A stretch of 37,091 nucleotides of DNA from an uncultured Burkholderiaceae bacterium (GTDB lineage Bacteria; Pseudomonadota; Gammaproteobacteria; Burkholderiales; Burkholderiaceae_E), in contig CAYGZN010000002.1 of NCBI GenBank assembly GCA_964354355.1, forward strand, positions 1 through 37,091, written 5' to 3'. Positions 1 through 11,036 of the stretch are shown in pieces. The position numbers and the translations under genes were made by a program. The notes beneath the pieces are model-generated. The model was not told where the DNA came from and did no database searches. It saw nothing but the letters and a program-made list of their open reading frames with translations. How positions within the stretch are numbered: position 1 is the stretch's first letter; the number at the start of each line of letters is the position of its first letter.

Positions 1-237
1 CAGCGCCTGCTGGCGCGTGCAGATGAGCAGCACGCAGGGTGCAATCACCCACGGGTTGGGCCAGGCCCACAGCGCCACGCCCACGCCCAGCGCAAGGAGG
101 CCGAGTGTCTGCAGGACCGCCGCGCTGGAGCGCCACGGATCGAGCGCAGTCAGCGCCCCGAGTTGGTCGGCGGACAGCCGCGTCGCGCGCGCGGCGCTCG
201 TGTCGTCGCGGAACTCCTCACCCTGGCGTGCCGACAT
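1..237 (-). CDS. Membrane fatty-acid desaturase / alkane-hydroxylase-type protein, N-terminal part (partial, runs off the left edge)
   Basis: Not in the ORF track because it has no stop in the window. The reverse complement from ATG (237..235) reads MSARQGEEFRDDTSAARATRLSADQLGALTALDPWRSSAAVLQTLGLLALGVGVALWAWPNPWVIAPCVLLICTRQQAL with strong GC3. A TM helix followed by RQxAL is the usual lead-in to the first His box of this family. The His box itself would lie outside the window. Confidence 0.45.
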   Translation of the reverse strand, partial: MSARQGEEFRDDTSAARATRLSADQLGALTALDPWRSSAAVLQTLGLLALGVGVALWAWPNPWVIAPCVLLICTRQQAL

Positions 238-251
238 CGCGCGTGCTCCCG

Positions 252-1253
252 TCAGACGAGCCTGACCAGCTGCTTGCCGACGTTCTCGCCCTTGAGCAGG
301 CCGACGAACGCCTGGGGCGCGGCCCCCAGTCCCTGCGCGACCGTCTCGCGATACTTCAGCTGGCCGCTGCCGACCTTCTGGCTCAGCTCGGCGAGCGCCG
401 CCGGCCAGTGCTGCATGTGCTCGGACACGATGAAACCCTGGATCGTCAACCGATTCACCAGCACCGAGCGGAAGTTGCCGATCGGGATCGGCTGGCCGCT
501 GTAGCCGGCGATCAGCCCGCACACGGCGATGCGCCCAAAGGCGTTCATCCGCGCCAGCACTGCGTCGAGCACCGCCCCGCCGACGTTCTCGAAGTAACCG
601 TCGATGCCGTCCGGCGTGGCGCTCGCCAAGTCCTCGACCAGGCGGCCGGCCTTGTAGTCGACGCAGGCGTCGAAGCCGAATTCCGCGGTGACGATGCCGC
701 ACTTGTGCGGACCGCCGGCGATGCCCACGACGCGGCAGCCTGCCGCCTTGGCCAGCTGGCCCACGACCGACCCGACCGCGCCGCTCGCCGCCGAGACCAC
801 CACCGTCTCGCCCGCCTTCGGCGTGAGGATCGTGTTCAGCCCGATCCACGCGGTGACCCCGGGCATTCCGGCCACGCCCAGGTAAGCCTGCAGCGGGACC
901 TTCGAGGTGTCGACCCGGCGCAGCAGCGCCGCATCCGACAGGGTGTACTGCTGCCAGCCCCCGTTGGCGATCACGACCTGGTCGCCGACCGCGAAGGCCG
1001 GGTTTCGGCTTGCGGTCACCTCGCCCGCCGTGCCGCCGATCATCACGTCGTCGAGCTTCTGCGGTGCGGAGTAGGACTTCGCATCGTCCATCCTCCCGCG
1101 CATGTAGGGGTCGAGCGACAGGAAACGGTTGCGCACCAGCACCTGGCCGTCGCCGACCTGCGGGATCGGCTGCTCCTCGAGCCGGAAGTTCTCCGGAGTC
1201 GGAGCGCCCCGGGGGCGGCTGGCAAGCACGATTCGCTGGTAGGTCGAGGTCAT
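252..1253 (-). CDS. NADP-dependent oxidoreductase, MDR superfamily (YncB/CurA/alkenal-enone reductase-like)
   Basis: ORF 252..1388, trimmed to the ATG at 1253 (MTSTYQRIVLASRPRG...). The upstream extension is R/P/T-rich junk. Family-typical strings are LSLDPYMRGRM and the cofactor loop AASGAVGSVVGQLAK, and the C-terminus ends KGENVGKQLVRL. Confidence 0.85.
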   Translation of the reverse strand: MTSTYQRIVLASRPRGAPTPENFRLEEQPIPQVGDGQVLVRNRFLSLDPYMRGRMDDAKSYSAPQKLDDVMIGGTAGEVTASRNPAFAVGDQVVIANGGWQQYTLSDAALLRRVDTSKVPLQAYLGVAGMPGVTAWIGLNTILTPKAGETVVVSAASGAVGSVVGQLAKAAGCRVVGIAGGPHKCGIVTAEFGFDACVDYKAGRLVEDLASATPDGIDGYFENVGGAVLDAVLARMNAFGRIAVCGLIAGYSGQPIPIGNFRSVLVNRLTIQGFIVSEHMQHWPAALAELSQKVGSGQLKYRETVAQGLGAAPQAFVGLLKGENVGKQLVRLV

Positions 1254-1362
1254 CGAGGGCTCCTTAGCCTCGCCGGCGGCATCGGTCGTCGCGGGCGTTG
1301 TGCGGGGTGGGCGAAGCCGCCCAAACGCTGCTTCGAGCGGCCGGGGGTTGACACGGGGTGTC

Positions 1363-1788
1363 TCACGCGTCGCTCGGGTGGCTGGCACCGCCGGGGCGCG
1401 GCACCCACAGCTTGAATGTCCCCGAGCCGCGCGCGACCAGCGTGCCGGACTCGTCGCGCGCCTCGCCCTCGCAGAACATCAGCGAGGCGCCCTTCTGCAG
1501 GCACTCGGCCGTGACCCGCAGCCGGCCGCTGCCGGGGCGCAGGAACGACGTCTTCATCTCCACGGTGATCGTGTTCAGCGGCGCCTCGTAGTCGTCGGTG
1601 TGCGCCGCGCGCCCGGCGATGGCCATTGCGGCGTCCAGCATCGTCATCACGACGCCGCCGTGCGCAGCCTGCAGGGAATTGCAGTGGTGAGGCGCCAGCG
1701 TCAGCGCCAGGGCCGAGCGCCCGCTGCCGAACTCGACCAGTTCCACGCCCAGGTGGTCCAGGAACGGGATTCGTCGCCGGGCCGCCAT
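1363..1788 (-). CDS. PaaI-family hotdog-fold acyl-CoA thioesterase
   Basis: 141-aa ORF. LQAAHGGVVMTMLDAAM plus TVEMKTSFLRP are typical of PaaI/4HBT thioesterases. Its start lies 3 nt downstream of the SDR stop, so they probably share a transcript. Confidence 0.8.
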   Translation of the reverse strand: MAARRRIPFLDHLGVELVEFGSGRSALALTLAPHHCNSLQAAHGGVVMTMLDAAMAIAGRAAHTDDYEAPLNTITVEMKTSFLRPGSGRLRVTAECLQKGASLMFCEGEARDESGTLVARGSGTFKLWVPRPGGASHPSDA

Positions 1789-1791
1789 GGC

Positions 1792-2568
1792 TCAGACGGC
1801 CGATACGCCGCCGTCGACCGCGAGGATCTGGCCGGTGATGTGCTTGCCGGCGTTCGAGCAGAACAGCGCGGCCGCGCCCTGCAGGTCCTCGTCGTCGCCG
1901 ATGCGCTGCAGCGGCGTCATTGCCTTGATCTGCGGCTCGATCTCCGTGAGCAGCCCCCGGGTCATCTTCGAGGGGAAGAAACCCGGGGCCAGCGCGTTGA
2001 CGGTGATGCCGTAGGGTCCCCACTCGCCGGCCAGCGTGCGCGTGAAGTTGACCAGCCCGCCCTTGGTCGTGTTGTAGCCGATCATCTTGTTGGTGTTCGG
2101 CGGGTTGCCCCGCAGGCCCGCGATCGAGGCGACCGTCAGCACGCGCCCGTAGCGGCGGGGAATCATCGAACGCTTGCCGATCTGCTGCGTGAGCAGGAAC
2201 ACGCCGGTGAGGTTCAGGCTGATCAGTCGCAGCCAGGCCTCCAGCGGGTAGTCCTCCGCCGGCGCCGCCCAGTTCGCCCCGGCATTGTTGACCAGGATGT
2301 CCACGTGCCCGAGCCTGGCCAGCGCTTCGTCCACGAACCGGGCGATCTCCTCGGGTTTGCTCTGGTCGGAGGCGATCGCGTGCGCCGTCACGCCGCGCGC
2401 CTGCAGGTGCGCGGCGGCGTGCGCCAGATCGTCGGCCTTGCGGGCCGTCAGCAGCACCTCGGCACCCAGCTCGCCCAGCGCCTCGGCGATCTGCAGGCCG
2501 AGCCCGCGCGATCCGCCGGTGATGACGGCCTTGCGGCCCTTCAGATCGAAGTTCTTCAGGACCGACAT
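1792..2568 (-). CDS. SDR-family oxidoreductase
   Basis: ORF 1792..2619, trimmed to the ATG at 2568 (MSVLKNFDLKGRKAVITGGSRGLG). It has the TGxxxGxG cofactor motif, NNAG, and the catalytic Y-N-T-T-K (YxxxK). Confidence 0.85.
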   Translation of the reverse strand: MSVLKNFDLKGRKAVITGGSRGLGLQIAEALGELGAEVLLTARKADDLAHAAAHLQARGVTAHAIASDQSKPEEIARFVDEALARLGHVDILVNNAGANWAAPAEDYPLEAWLRLISLNLTGVFLLTQQIGKRSMIPRRYGRVLTVASIAGLRGNPPNTNKMIGYNTTKGGLVNFTRTLAGEWGPYGITVNALAPGFFPSKMTRGLLTEIEPQIKAMTPLQRIGDDEDLQGAAALFCSNAGKHITGQILAVDGGVSAV

Positions 2569-2578
2569 GCCGCCCCGC

Positions 2579-3757
2579 TCAGGCCACCTCGAACAGGCCC
2601 GCGGCGCCCATGCCGCCACCGATGCACATGGTGACGACGACGCGCCTGGCGCCGCGGCGCTTGCCCTCGATCAGCGCGTGGCCGGTCAGGCGCTGGCCCG
2701 ACACGCCGTACGGATGGCCCACGGCGATCGCGCCGCCGTCCACGTTGAGCCGGTCGTTGTCGATGCCCAGGTGGTCGCGGATGTACAGCACCTGCACCGC
2801 GAAGGCCTCGTTCAGTTCCCACAGGTCGATGTCGGACACCTTCAGGCCCTGGCGCTTGAGCAGCTTGGGAATCGCGTAGACCGGACCGATGCCCATCTCG
2901 TCGGGCTCGCACCCGGCCACCGCGAAGCCGCGGAAGATGCCCAGCGGGGTCAGGCCGCGCTTCTCGGCCAGTGCGCGGTCCATGATCACGCACGCGCCGG
3001 CGCCATCGGAGAACTGGCTGGCGTTGCCGGCCGCGATGACCCCGCCTTCGATCGCGGGCTTGATCTGCGAGACGCCTTCGTAGGTGGTGTCGGCGCGGAT
3101 GCCCTCGTCGCGGTCGAGCGTGACGGTCTTGACGGTGTCCACGCCGGTCTGCTTGTCGGTGACCTTCATGTCGACGGTGATCGGCACGATCTCGTCGCGG
3201 GTGCGCCCGGCGGCCGCTGCGGCGGCCGCGCGCAGCTGGCTCTGCACGCCGTAGTGGTCCTGCGCTTCGCGCGGGATGTTGTAGCGCTTGGCGACGCACT
3301 CGGCGGTGCGCAGCATCGGCCAGTAGACCTCGGGCTTGTGCTCCTTCAGCCACGGGTCGATCAGGTCCTTCTTGTTGGCGTCGTTCTGCACCAGCGAGAT
3401 CGACTCCACCCCGCCCGCGACGTAGACGTCGCCCTCGCCGGCGATCACGCGCTGCGCTGCCAGCGCGATCGTCTGCAGGCCCGACGAGCAGAAGCGATTG
3501 ACCGTCATGCCCGAGACGCTGACCGGCAGCCCGGCGCGCAGCGCGATCTGGCGGGCGATGTTCGAGCCGGTCGCGCCCTCGGGGTTGGCGCAGCCCATAA
3601 TCACGTCCTCGACCTCGCCGGGCTCGACGCCCGCGCGCTCGAGCGCGGCCTTCACCACGTGGCCGCCGAGCGTGGCGCCGTGGGTCATGTTGAGCGAGCC
3701 GCGCCAGGACTTGGCCAGGCCGGTGCGGGCAGTGGAAACGATGACGGCTTCACGCAT
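2579..3757 (-). CDS. Acetyl-CoA C-acyltransferase (thiolase)
   Basis: ORF 2579..3898, trimmed to the ATG at 3757 ([13 protein letters not shown]). It has the active-site Cys region NRFCSSGLQ, then GHPYGVSG, and the C-terminal CIGGGMG. Confidence 0.9.
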   Translation of the reverse strand: MREAVIVSTARTGLAKSWRGSLNMTHGATLGGHVVKAALERAGVEPGEVEDVIMGCANPEGATGSNIARQIALRAGLPVSVSGMTVNRFCSSGLQTIALAAQRVIAGEGDVYVAGGVESISLVQNDANKKDLIDPWLKEHKPEVYWPMLRTAECVAKRYNIPREAQDHYGVQSQLRAAAAAAAGRTRDEIVPITVDMKVTDKQTGVDTVKTVTLDRDEGIRADTTYEGVSQIKPAIEGGVIAAGNASQFSDGAGACVIMDRALAEKRGLTPLGIFRGFAVAGCEPDEMGIGPVYAIPKLLKRQGLKVSDIDLWELNEAFAVQVLYIRDHLGIDNDRLNVDGGAIAVGHPYGVSGQRLTGHALIEGKRRGARRVVVTMCIGGGMGAAGLFEVA

Positions 3758-3806
3758 GATGGGGTCTCCGGGTCGTTGATCGTGGGGTCGCAGGCACTGG
3801 ACGGGG

Positions 3807-5912
3807 TCAGCCGTTGAAACGCTTGCCTTGCGCGGCAAGCCGCGCCAGCAGCGGCGCAGGCGTCCAGAAGGTCGGGTCGGCGTTCGGGTTGGCCGCAAAG
3901 CCCTTCATGATCTCGACGACTTTCGCCAGCCCGACGGTGTCGGCGTAGAACATCGGGCCGCCCCGATAGCGCGGGAAGCCGTAGCCGGCCAGGTAGACCA
4001 TGTCGATGTCGGAGGCTCGCAGCGCGATGCCCTCCTCGAGCAGCTGCGCGCCTTCGTTGACCAGCGCGAACAGCAGCCGGTGCACGATCTCGTCGTCGGA
4101 CACGGCCCTGGCGGCCAGCCCCAGCCGGCCGCGCTCGGCCGCGATCATGTCGTCGACGGCCTTGGACGGGTGCGCGGTGCGATCGCCGGGCTTGTAGTCG
4201 TACCAGCCGGCCCCGGTCTTCTGCCCGTATCGGCCCATCTCGCACAGCAGGTCCGCGGTGCGGCTGTAGCGCAGGTCCGGCTTCTCCTGGTAGCGGCGCT
4301 TGCGGATGTACCAGCCGACGTCGTTGCCGGCCAGGTCGCCCATGCGAAACGGTCCCATCGCGAAACCGAACGACTCGATCGCCCGGTCGACCTGCTGGGG
4401 CGTGCAGCCCTCCTCCAGCAGGAACCCCGCCTGGCGCGAGTACTGCTCGATCATCCGGTTGCCGATGAAGCCGTCGCACACGCCCGAGACCACGCCGAGT
4501 TTTCGGATCTTCTTGGACAGGGCCATCGTGGTGGCCAGCACGTCCTTGGCGGTGGCCTTGCCCCGCACGATCTCGAGCAGCCGCATCACGTTGGCGGGCG
4601 AGAAGAAATGGGTGCCGATCACGTCCTGCGGCCGCTTGGTGAATCCGGCGATCCGGTCGACGTCCAGCGTCGACGTGTTGCTCGCGAGGATCGCGCCCGG
4701 TTTCATCGTCGCATCGAGCTGTTCGAACACCTTCTGCTTGACCGCCATGTCCTCGAACACCGCCTCGACGACGATGTCGGCCTGCGCGATGTCTGCGTAG
4801 GCCAGCGTCGGCTTGACCAGCGCCATGCGCTGCTCGACCTGCTCCGCCGTCATCCGGCCCTTCTTCGCCGTGTTCTCGTAGTTGCGCCGGATGGTCGCGA
4901 CACCCCGATCCAGCGCGTCCTGCTTCATCTCGAGCAGGGTCACGGGAATGCCGGCGTTCAGGAAGTTCATCGTGATGCCGCCGCCCATCGTGCCGGCGCC
5001 GATCACCGCCGCCGAGCGCACCGGCCGGATCGGCGTCTCCTCCGGGATATCCGGGATCTTGCTGGCCGCGCGCTCGCCGAAGAAGCTGTGCCGCAAGGCT
5101 TTCGACTCGGTGGTCTCCACCAGCTCCGAAAACAGCCGGCGCTCGAGCTGGATGCCCTCGTCGAACGGCTTCTTGACCGACGCCTCGACTGCCTCCAGGC
5201 ATTTCAATGGCGCGGGGTAGCCGCGGTAGTCGCGCGCGATGCGTTCGCGGGCCGCCTCGAAGAACGCTTCGGCGCCGCCCGGCATCGACTCGCCGGGCAC
5301 GGCGCGGTCGCGGATCCGCGGGCGCTTCGCGCCGCCGGCGACGACCTCGCGCGCAAACGCCACGGCGCCGGCCACCAGGTCGCCGTCGACCAGCCGCTCG
5401 AAGTAGCCGAGCCGGGCGGCTTCCTCGCTGCGGATCGGGTTGCCCGTGACGATCATCTCGAGTGCCCGGGCAGCCCCCACGACGCGTGGCAGCCGCTGCG
5501 TGCCGCCGGCCCCCGGCAGGATCCCCAGGTTGACTTCGGGCAGACCGATCTGCGCACCGCCACGCCCGACCCGGTAGTGGCAGCCGAGCGCCAGCTCGTT
5601 GCCGCCACCCAGCGCCAGTCCCGCGACGGCGGCGACAACGGGCTTGCCGGCGCTTTCGATCGCGGCGATCACGCTGCCCAGGTGGGGCTCGGCGAGCGCC
5701 TTGGGCGAATTGAACTCGCGGATGTCGGCGCCGCCGGAAAAGGCCTTGTCCGACCCGGTCAGCACGATCGCCTTGACTGTCGGATCGGCCAGGGCCCGCT
5801 GCAGCCCGTCGAGGATTCCGCCGCGCAACGCGAGGCCCAAGCCGTTGACCGGCGGGTTGTCCATGGTCACGACGGCGACGTCGCCGTCCACGCGGTAGTG
5901 GGCCTGGGTCAT
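3807..5912 (-). CDS. Bifunctional enoyl-CoA hydratase / 3-hydroxyacyl-CoA dehydrogenase (FadB/FadJ-like)
   Basis: 701 aa. The N-terminal crotonase fold shows [12 protein letters not shown] and FSGGADI. The central Rossmann region shows [12 protein letters not shown], followed by 3HCDH C-terminal domains. Confidence 0.9.
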   Translation of the reverse strand: MTQAHYRVDGDVAVVTMDNPPVNGLGLALRGGILDGLQRALADPTVKAIVLTGSDKAFSGGADIREFNSPKALAEPHLGSVIAAIESAGKPVVAAVAGLALGGGNELALGCHYRVGRGGAQIGLPEVNLGILPGAGGTQRLPRVVGAARALEMIVTGNPIRSEEAARLGYFERLVDGDLVAGAVAFAREVVAGGAKRPRIRDRAVPGESMPGGAEAFFEAARERIARDYRGYPAPLKCLEAVEASVKKPFDEGIQLERRLFSELVETTESKALRHSFFGERAASKIPDIPEETPIRPVRSAAVIGAGTMGGGITMNFLNAGIPVTLLEMKQDALDRGVATIRRNYENTAKKGRMTAEQVEQRMALVKPTLAYADIAQADIVVEAVFEDMAVKQKVFEQLDATMKPGAILASNTSTLDVDRIAGFTKRPQDVIGTHFFSPANVMRLLEIVRGKATAKDVLATTMALSKKIRKLGVVSGVCDGFIGNRMIEQYSRQAGFLLEEGCTPQQVDRAIESFGFAMGPFRMGDLAGNDVGWYIRKRRYQEKPDLRYSRTADLLCEMGRYGQKTGAGWYDYKPGDRTAHPSKAVDDMIAAERGRLGLAARAVSDDEIVHRLLFALVNEGAQLLEEGIALRASDIDMVYLAGYGFPRYRGGPMFYADTVGLAKVVEIMKGFAANPNADPTFWTPAPLLARLAAQGKRFNG

Positions 5913-5994
5913 GGGGCTGTCATCCTCCGCAGCGCGAACGCTGGTTCCTTTTGATCACTATACCGAATCCCGGCCGATGGCCTCGGCCGCTGGC

Positions 5995-7635
5995 TCAGGC
6001 AGGCAACCGGTAGTCCCGGAACTGCTCGCGCAGCCGGGTCTTGAGGATCTTCCCGGTCGCACCCAGCGGAATCGCGTCGATGAACTGCACGTCGTCGGGC
6101 GTCCACCACTTGGCGATCTTGCCCTCGTAGAACGCCAGCAGCTCCTCGCGGGTGACCTTCGAGCCCGGCTTGCGCACGACGATCAGCAGCGGCCGCTCGT
6201 CCCACTTCGGGTGCGCCACGCCGATCACGGCCGCCTGCGCCACCTCGGGGTGGGCGATCGCCAGGTTCTCCAGGTCGATCGAGCTGATCCACTCGCCGCC
6301 GGACTTGATCACGTCCTTGCTGCGGTCGGTGATCTGCATGTAGCCGTCCTCGTCGATCGTGGCCACGTCGCCGGTCGGAAACCAGCCGCGGCCTTCCGCG
6401 TCGTAGCGCAGCGGATCGCCGCCCTCGCCGCGGAAGTATTCCTTGACCACCCACGGGCCGCGTACCAGCAGCTCCCCGTAGGCCTTGCCGTCCCAGGGCA
6501 ACTCCTGTTCGTCGCCGTCGACGATCTTCATGTCCACGCCGAATATCACGTGGCCCTGCTTCTCCAGCTTCTTCTGCTGGGCGGCCTCGCTCAGGTGCAG
6601 GTGCTTGTTCTGCAGCCTCGACAGCGTGCCCAGCGGCGACATCTCGGTCATGCCCCAGGCGTGGATCACGTCGACGCCGTACTGCTCGCGAAACGTCCTG
6701 ATCATCGCCGGCGGGCAGGCCGAGCCGCCGATCACGGTCCGCTTGAAGGTCGAGAACTGGAGGTTGTTGGACGACACGTACTGCAGCAGGCCCAACCACA
6801 CGGTCGGGACGCCGGCCGAGTACGTGACCTTTTCGTTCTCGAACAGCTCGTAGATCGACTTGCCGTCGAGCGCGGGTCCCGGGAAGACCAGCTTGGCTCC
6901 GACCAGCGCGCCGACGTACGGAATGCCCCACGCGTTGACGTGGAACATCGGCACGACCGGCAGGATCGAGTCGCGGGCCGAGCAGCCCATCGCGTCGGGA
7001 AGGGCTGCGCCGAACGCGTGCAGGACCGACGACCGGTGGCTGTAGAGCGCGCCCTTGGGGTTGCCCGTGGTGCCCGACGTATAGCAAAGTGCCACGCCCG
7101 AACGCTCGTCGAGCTCGGGCCACACGTAGCCGTCCGAGCCGCCCGACAGCAGCTCCTCGTAGTTGACCAGGTTCGGCACCGTGGAACCCTGCGGCATCCG
7201 GTCCCGGTCGCACAGTGCGATCCAGCCGCGAACCTGCGGGCAGTGCGCGGCGATCGCCTCGATGATCGGCAGGAAGGTCAGGTCGAACGCCAGGAAGGCG
7301 TCGCCGGCGTGGTTGACGATCCACGCAATCTGCTCGGGGTGCAGCCGCGGGTTGATCGTGTGGATCACGGCGCCCATTCCGCCCACGCCGTAGTAGAGCT
7401 CCATGTGCCGATAGCCGTTCCAGGCCAGCGTCGCGATCCGCTCGCCCTGGTGCACGCCGCGACGCGTCAGCGCGTCGGCCAGTCGGGCCGCGCGGGCGTG
7501 GCAGTCCGCGTAGGTGTAGCGGTGGACGTCCCCCTCGACGCGTCGCGAAACGATCTCCGCGTCCCCGTGGTGGCGTGCGGCGTGCCGCAGCAACGACGAC
7601 ACCAGCAACGGCATGTCCATCATCAGACCCTGCAT
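5995..7635 (-). CDS. Fatty-acid--CoA ligase (AMP-binding / ANL superfamily)
   Basis: 546 aa. It has the AMP-binding motif [11 protein letters not shown], then WFPTGDVA, and [15 protein letters not shown]. Confidence 0.9.
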   Translation of the reverse strand: MQGLMMDMPLLVSSLLRHAARHHGDAEIVSRRVEGDVHRYTYADCHARAARLADALTRRGVHQGERIATLAWNGYRHMELYYGVGGMGAVIHTINPRLHPEQIAWIVNHAGDAFLAFDLTFLPIIEAIAAHCPQVRGWIALCDRDRMPQGSTVPNLVNYEELLSGGSDGYVWPELDERSGVALCYTSGTTGNPKGALYSHRSSVLHAFGAALPDAMGCSARDSILPVVPMFHVNAWGIPYVGALVGAKLVFPGPALDGKSIYELFENEKVTYSAGVPTVWLGLLQYVSSNNLQFSTFKRTVIGGSACPPAMIRTFREQYGVDVIHAWGMTEMSPLGTLSRLQNKHLHLSEAAQQKKLEKQGHVIFGVDMKIVDGDEQELPWDGKAYGELLVRGPWVVKEYFRGEGGDPLRYDAEGRGWFPTGDVATIDEDGYMQITDRSKDVIKSGGEWISSIDLENLAIAHPEVAQAAVIGVAHPKWDERPLLIVVRKPGSKVTREELLAFYEGKIAKWWTPDDVQFIDAIPLGATGKILKTRLREQFRDYRLPA

Positions 7636-7778
7636 GCGCTATCCCCTCTTTTCGCTGAGCCGCAGATGTTGCGCAGACCGAGCCCCGCCGTCAAGCAGGG
7701 TCTTGGAACGGGCCGTAGAATGCCGGCATGCACGCCCGCGCCAACGCCGCGCCAGCCGGGGCACCCCGAAACGTCCGG

Positions 7779-9275
7779 ATGGAGGCGCTCGCCTTCGACA
7801 ACAGCTTCGCCCGGCTGACGCCCAGCTTCTTCACGCGGCTCGACCCGGTGCCGCTGCCCGACCCCTATCAGGTGGCCGCCTCGCCGTCGGCGGCAGCGCT
7901 GATCGGGCTGGACCCGAGGGAACTGGTTCGTCCCGAGTTCGCGGAGGTGTTCGCGGGCAATCGGCGGCTGGCCGGCACCGAGCCGCTCGCGGCCGTCTAC
8001 GCCGGTCACCAGTTCGGCGTGTGGGCCGGGCGCCTCGGTGACGGCCGGGCACTGCTGCTCGGGGAGGCGATCGGCCCCGACGGGCGCTGCTGGGAACTGC
8101 AGCTCAAGGGGTCGGGCAAGACCCCTTACTCGCGCATGGGCGACGGCCGGGCGGTGCTGCGCTCGTCGATCCGCGAGTTCCTGTGCTCGGAGGCCATGGC
8201 CGCGCTGGGCATCCCGACCACCCGTGCGCTGGCCATCGTGGGTTCCGACCAGCCGGTGTTTCGCGAGACCGTCGAGACGGCAGCGGTCGTCACGCGGATG
8301 TCGCCGAGCTTCGTTCGCTTCGGATCGTTCGAGTACTTCGCGCACTTCGACCGGCACGCCGAGTTGCGCGCGCTCACCGACTACGTGATCGAGCGCTTCT
8401 ATCCCGCATGCCGCGCCGCCAGCCACCGTGACACGGTCTGCGCGCTGCTGGCGGAGGTCTCGCGGCGCACCGGGCGACTGATTGCCGCGTGGCAGTCCGT
8501 GGGCTTCTGCCACGGCGTGATGAACACCGACAACATGTCGATCCTGGGCCTGACGATCGACTACGGTCCGTTCGGTTTCCTGGACGGATTCGATGCCCAG
8601 CACATCTGCAACCACTCGGACGACAGCGGACGCTATGCCTACGCAATGCAGCCGCGAATCGGTGAGTGGAACTGCTTTGCGCTGGGCCAGGCGCTGCTGC
8701 CGCTGATCGGCGACGTGGAGTCGGCGCAGCAGGCGCTGGCCGAGTACCGTCCCGCGTTCGAGGCGGAGTTCGAGCGGCTGCTTCGCGCCAAGCTCGGGCT
8801 GTCGGCGCAGCGCGACGACGATCCGGCCCTGTTCGAGCGGATGTTCGAGGCGATGCAGGCCAGTCGCGTCGACTTCACGCTGTTCTTTCGCAGCCTGTCG
8901 CGCGTGCGCGCGGCCGACGCCGCGGGCGACGAGCCGGTGCGCGACCTGTTCGTCGATCGTGCCGCCTGCGACGCGTGGCTGGCGCTGTACCGGGGGCGGC
9001 TGCAGGCCGAAGGCTCGAACGACGCACAGCGCGCCGCCGCGATGAACCGGGTCAACCCGCGCTTCGTGCTGCGCAATCACCTGGCCGAGCTGGCGATCAG
9101 GCGGGCGCGCGGCGAGTCCGACGACGGCACGCCCGGCGGCCGGCGCGACTACGCCGAGGTCGCACGCCTGCTCGACGTGCTGTCGCGGCCCTTCGACGAG
9201 CAGCCCGAGCACGCGTCCTACGCGGCGCCGCCCCCCGACTGGGCCTCGCACCTGTCCGTCAGCTGCTCTTCCTGA
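7779..9275 (+). CDS. selO: Protein adenylyltransferase SelO (YdiU family pseudokinase-fold AMPylase)
   Basis: ORF 7728..9275. Family strings are [44 protein letters not shown] and DYGPFGF. The C-terminus ends SCSS, with Cys where eukaryotic SelO carries selenocysteine. I prefer the start at 7779 ([13 protein letters not shown]) because SelO proteins normally begin just before the FDN motif. In addition, a TAGAAT -10-like hexamer at 7716..7721 sits too close to the 7728 ATG. Confidence 0.85.
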   Translation: MEALAFDNSFARLTPSFFTRLDPVPLPDPYQVAASPSAAALIGLDPRELVRPEFAEVFAGNRRLAGTEPLAAVYAGHQFGVWAGRLGDGRALLLGEAIGPDGRCWELQLKGSGKTPYSRMGDGRAVLRSSIREFLCSEAMAALGIPTTRALAIVGSDQPVFRETVETAAVVTRMSPSFVRFGSFEYFAHFDRHAELRALTDYVIERFYPACRAASHRDTVCALLAEVSRRTGRLIAAWQSVGFCHGVMNTDNMSILGLTIDYGPFGFLDGFDAQHICNHSDDSGRYAYAMQPRIGEWNCFALGQALLPLIGDVESAQQALAEYRPAFEAEFERLLRAKLGLSAQRDDDPALFERMFEAMQASRVDFTLFFRSLSRVRAADAAGDEPVRDLFVDRAACDAWLALYRGRLQAEGSNDAQRAAAMNRVNPRFVLRNHLAELAIRRARGESDDGTPGGRRDYAEVARLLDVLSRPFDEQPEHASYAAPPPDWASHLSVSCSS

Positions 9276-9296
9276 GACCGTCCGCCCCGAGATTCC

Positions 9297-9830
9297 ATGA
9301 AACTGCTCTTCGACCTGTTCCCGATCATCCTGTTCTTCGCCGCCTACAAGCTCGCCGACATCTACGTGGCGACGGGCGTGGCGATCGCCACCACGATCGC
9401 GCAGATCCTGTGGCTCAGGTCGACGCGCAAGCCGGTCGAGAACATGCAGTGGGCGAGCCTGGCGATCATCGTCGTGTTCGGCGGCATGACGCTCGTGTTC
9501 AAGGACGAGACGTTCATCAAGTGGAAACCCACGGTGCTCTACGGCCTGTTCGCCGCGACACTGCTGGGCGCGCGCCTGATGGCCGGGCGCAACCTGATCC
9601 GCTCGATGATGGGCAAGCAGATGAAGCTGCCCGACGGCGTGTGGGACCGCCTGAACCTGGCCTGGGTGCTGTTCTTCGCCTTCCTGGGCGTGCTCAACCT
9701 GTTCGTTGCGTACCGCTTTGCGACCGACACGTGGGTCAACTTCAAGCTGTTCGGTACGCTCGGACTGACGCTGGCCTTCGTCGTTGCGCAGGCGCTCTAC
9801 GTCGGGCGCCACGTCCAGGACGAGGCCTGA
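9297..9830 (+). CDS. yciB: Intracellular septation protein A (YciB/IspZ)
   Basis: 177 aa with five hydrophobic segments. The N-terminus MKLLFDLFPIILFFAAYK is highly characteristic of YciB. Confidence 0.9.
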   Translation: MKLLFDLFPIILFFAAYKLADIYVATGVAIATTIAQILWLRSTRKPVENMQWASLAIIVVFGGMTLVFKDETFIKWKPTVLYGLFAATLLGARLMAGRNLIRSMMGKQMKLPDGVWDRLNLAWVLFFAFLGVLNLFVAYRFATDTWVNFKLFGTLGLTLAFVVAQALYVGRHVQDEA

Positions 9831-10114
9831 TGCGCCCGTCGCTCGACGAGTTGAGGGCGCGGTTCGAGCGCGCGCTGCCGGAGGCCCGGATCGAAATCGA
9901 CGACGACAGCCACCTGCACGCCGGCCACGCGGGTGCCGCCGGTGGCGCAGGTCACTACACGGTTCGCATCGTCTCGTCACGCTTCGAGGGCGAGCGCACC
10001 GTGGCCCGCCACCGCATCGTGTATGATGCCGTCCGGGACTGGATGCCAGACCGTGTCCACGCGCTGGTGATCGTTGCCCGCACCCCCGCGGAAGCCGCTG
10101 CGCAGACTCCGTAG
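9830..10114 (+). CDS. BolA-family protein
   Basis: This is the tail of track ORF 8666..10114. The ATG at 9830 overlaps the yciB TGA (ATGA), giving MRPSLDELRARFERALPEARIEIDDDSHLHAGH...YTVRIVSSRFEGERTVARHRIVYDAV. This is a BolA-like fold signature and matches the conserved yciB-bolA order. Confidence 0.8.
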   Translation: MRPSLDELRARFERALPEARIEIDDDSHLHAGHAGAAGGAGHYTVRIVSSRFEGERTVARHRIVYDAVRDWMPDRVHALVIVARTPAEAAAQTP

Positions 10115-10143
10115 GGACCCGACGCCGGGCCACGCCCGGGTCC
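10115..10143 (+). terminator. Possible terminator hairpin after the BolA-family gene
   Basis: GGAC..CCGGGC-cac-GCCCGG-GTCC is an imperfect stem directly after the stop, followed by gtcgcgTTTCC. The U-tract is weak. Confidence 0.3.
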
Positions 10144-10197
10144 GTCGCGTTTCCGCCGGCGCTCAGCACCCGCCGCCTGCCTCTCGGACGTCCATCG

Positions 10198-10986
10198 ATG
10201 AACAGACACTTCAACCGAGTCGTGCCCGCCGCAGCGCTGCTCGTGATCGCGCTCGCGACATCGAGCGCCAATGCGCAGAACGCCGCCATCGTCAATGGCA
10301 AGGCGATCCCCAAGGCCAAGGTCGATGAGTTCGTCGCGGCGCTGACCGCGCAGGGGCGCCCCGACAGTCCCGAGCTGCGGACCGCGGTGCGTGACGAGCT
10401 GATCGCGCGCGAGATCTTCGTGCAGGAAGCCGAGCGCAAGGGCCTTGCGCGCAGTGCCGACGTCCAGAAGCAGCTCGAGAGCATGCGCCAGGACCTGCTG
10501 ATCCGGGCCATGATCCGCGATTACCTCAAGAACAACCCGGTGACCGACGCCGAGATCAAGGTCGAGTACGACAAGCTGGCCGGCCAGGCCGGCGAGCGCG
10601 AATACAAGGCCCGCCACATCCTGGTGGAGTCCGAGGCCGAAGCCAAGGCCATCATCGAGCAGCTCAGGAAAGGCGCCAAGTTCGAGGAACTGGCCAAGAA
10701 GTCCAAGGACCCGGGCTCGGCGGCAAACGGCGGCGACCTCGACTGGAATTCCGCGGCGACCTTCGTCAAGCCGTTCTCCGAGGCCATGGTCAAGCTCGAC
10801 AAGGGCAAGTACACCGAGATCCCGATCCAGACCCAGTTCGGCTGGCACGTGATCCGCCTGGACGATGTGCGCGACGCCAAGCCGCCGCCGCTGGAGCAGG
10901 TCAAGCCGCAGATCCAGCAGGAACTCGAGCGGCGCAGGATCCAGCAGCTGCAGCAGGACCTGCGCGCCAAGGCCAAGGTCCAGTAG
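10198..10986 (+). CDS. Periplasmic parvulin-type peptidyl-prolyl cis-trans isomerase (PpiC/SurA-like)
   Basis: 262 aa. It has a signal peptide (AAALLVIALATSSANA-QN), and the rotamase core reads ARHILVESEAEA...GGDLDW...FGWHVIRLDD. Confidence 0.85.
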   Translation: MNRHFNRVVPAAALLVIALATSSANAQNAAIVNGKAIPKAKVDEFVAALTAQGRPDSPELRTAVRDELIAREIFVQEAERKGLARSADVQKQLESMRQDLLIRAMIRDYLKNNPVTDAEIKVEYDKLAGQAGEREYKARHILVESEAEAKAIIEQLRKGAKFEELAKKSKDPGSAANGGDLDWNSAATFVKPFSEAMVKLDKGKYTEIPIQTQFGWHVIRLDDVRDAKPPPLEQVKPQIQQELERRRIQQLQQDLRAKAKVQ

Positions 10987-11006
10987 GCCAGCCCGATCCG
11001 CACCCG

Positions 11007-11036
11007 ATCGCCCCGCCCCGCGCGGGGCGATTCGTT

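Noticed and set aside
7728-7778. The upstream ATG (7728) given by the ORF track as the selO start.
   Set aside because: The extra 17 residues ([17 protein letters not shown]) are low-complexity. A TAGAAT -10-like hexamer ends 6 nt before this ATG. SelO homologues as I recall them start just before the FDN motif, so I prefer 7779. I cannot exclude the longer form.
7623-10511. Very long ORFs in the track: 962 aa here, plus 3828..5954 (708 aa), 5911..7818 (635 aa), 9955..12378 (807 aa), 12725..15319 (864 aa), 12810..15341 (843 aa), 19744..22278 (844 aa), 22575..24314 (579 aa), 28081..30345 (754 aa) and 32338..34422 (694 aa).
   Set aside because: All lie antisense to, or out of frame with, genes that carry clear family motifs. 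Their translations are monotonous R/A/G/P/H-rich strings with no recognisable domains. Stop codons are rare in every frame of DNA this GC-rich, so length alone is no evidence.
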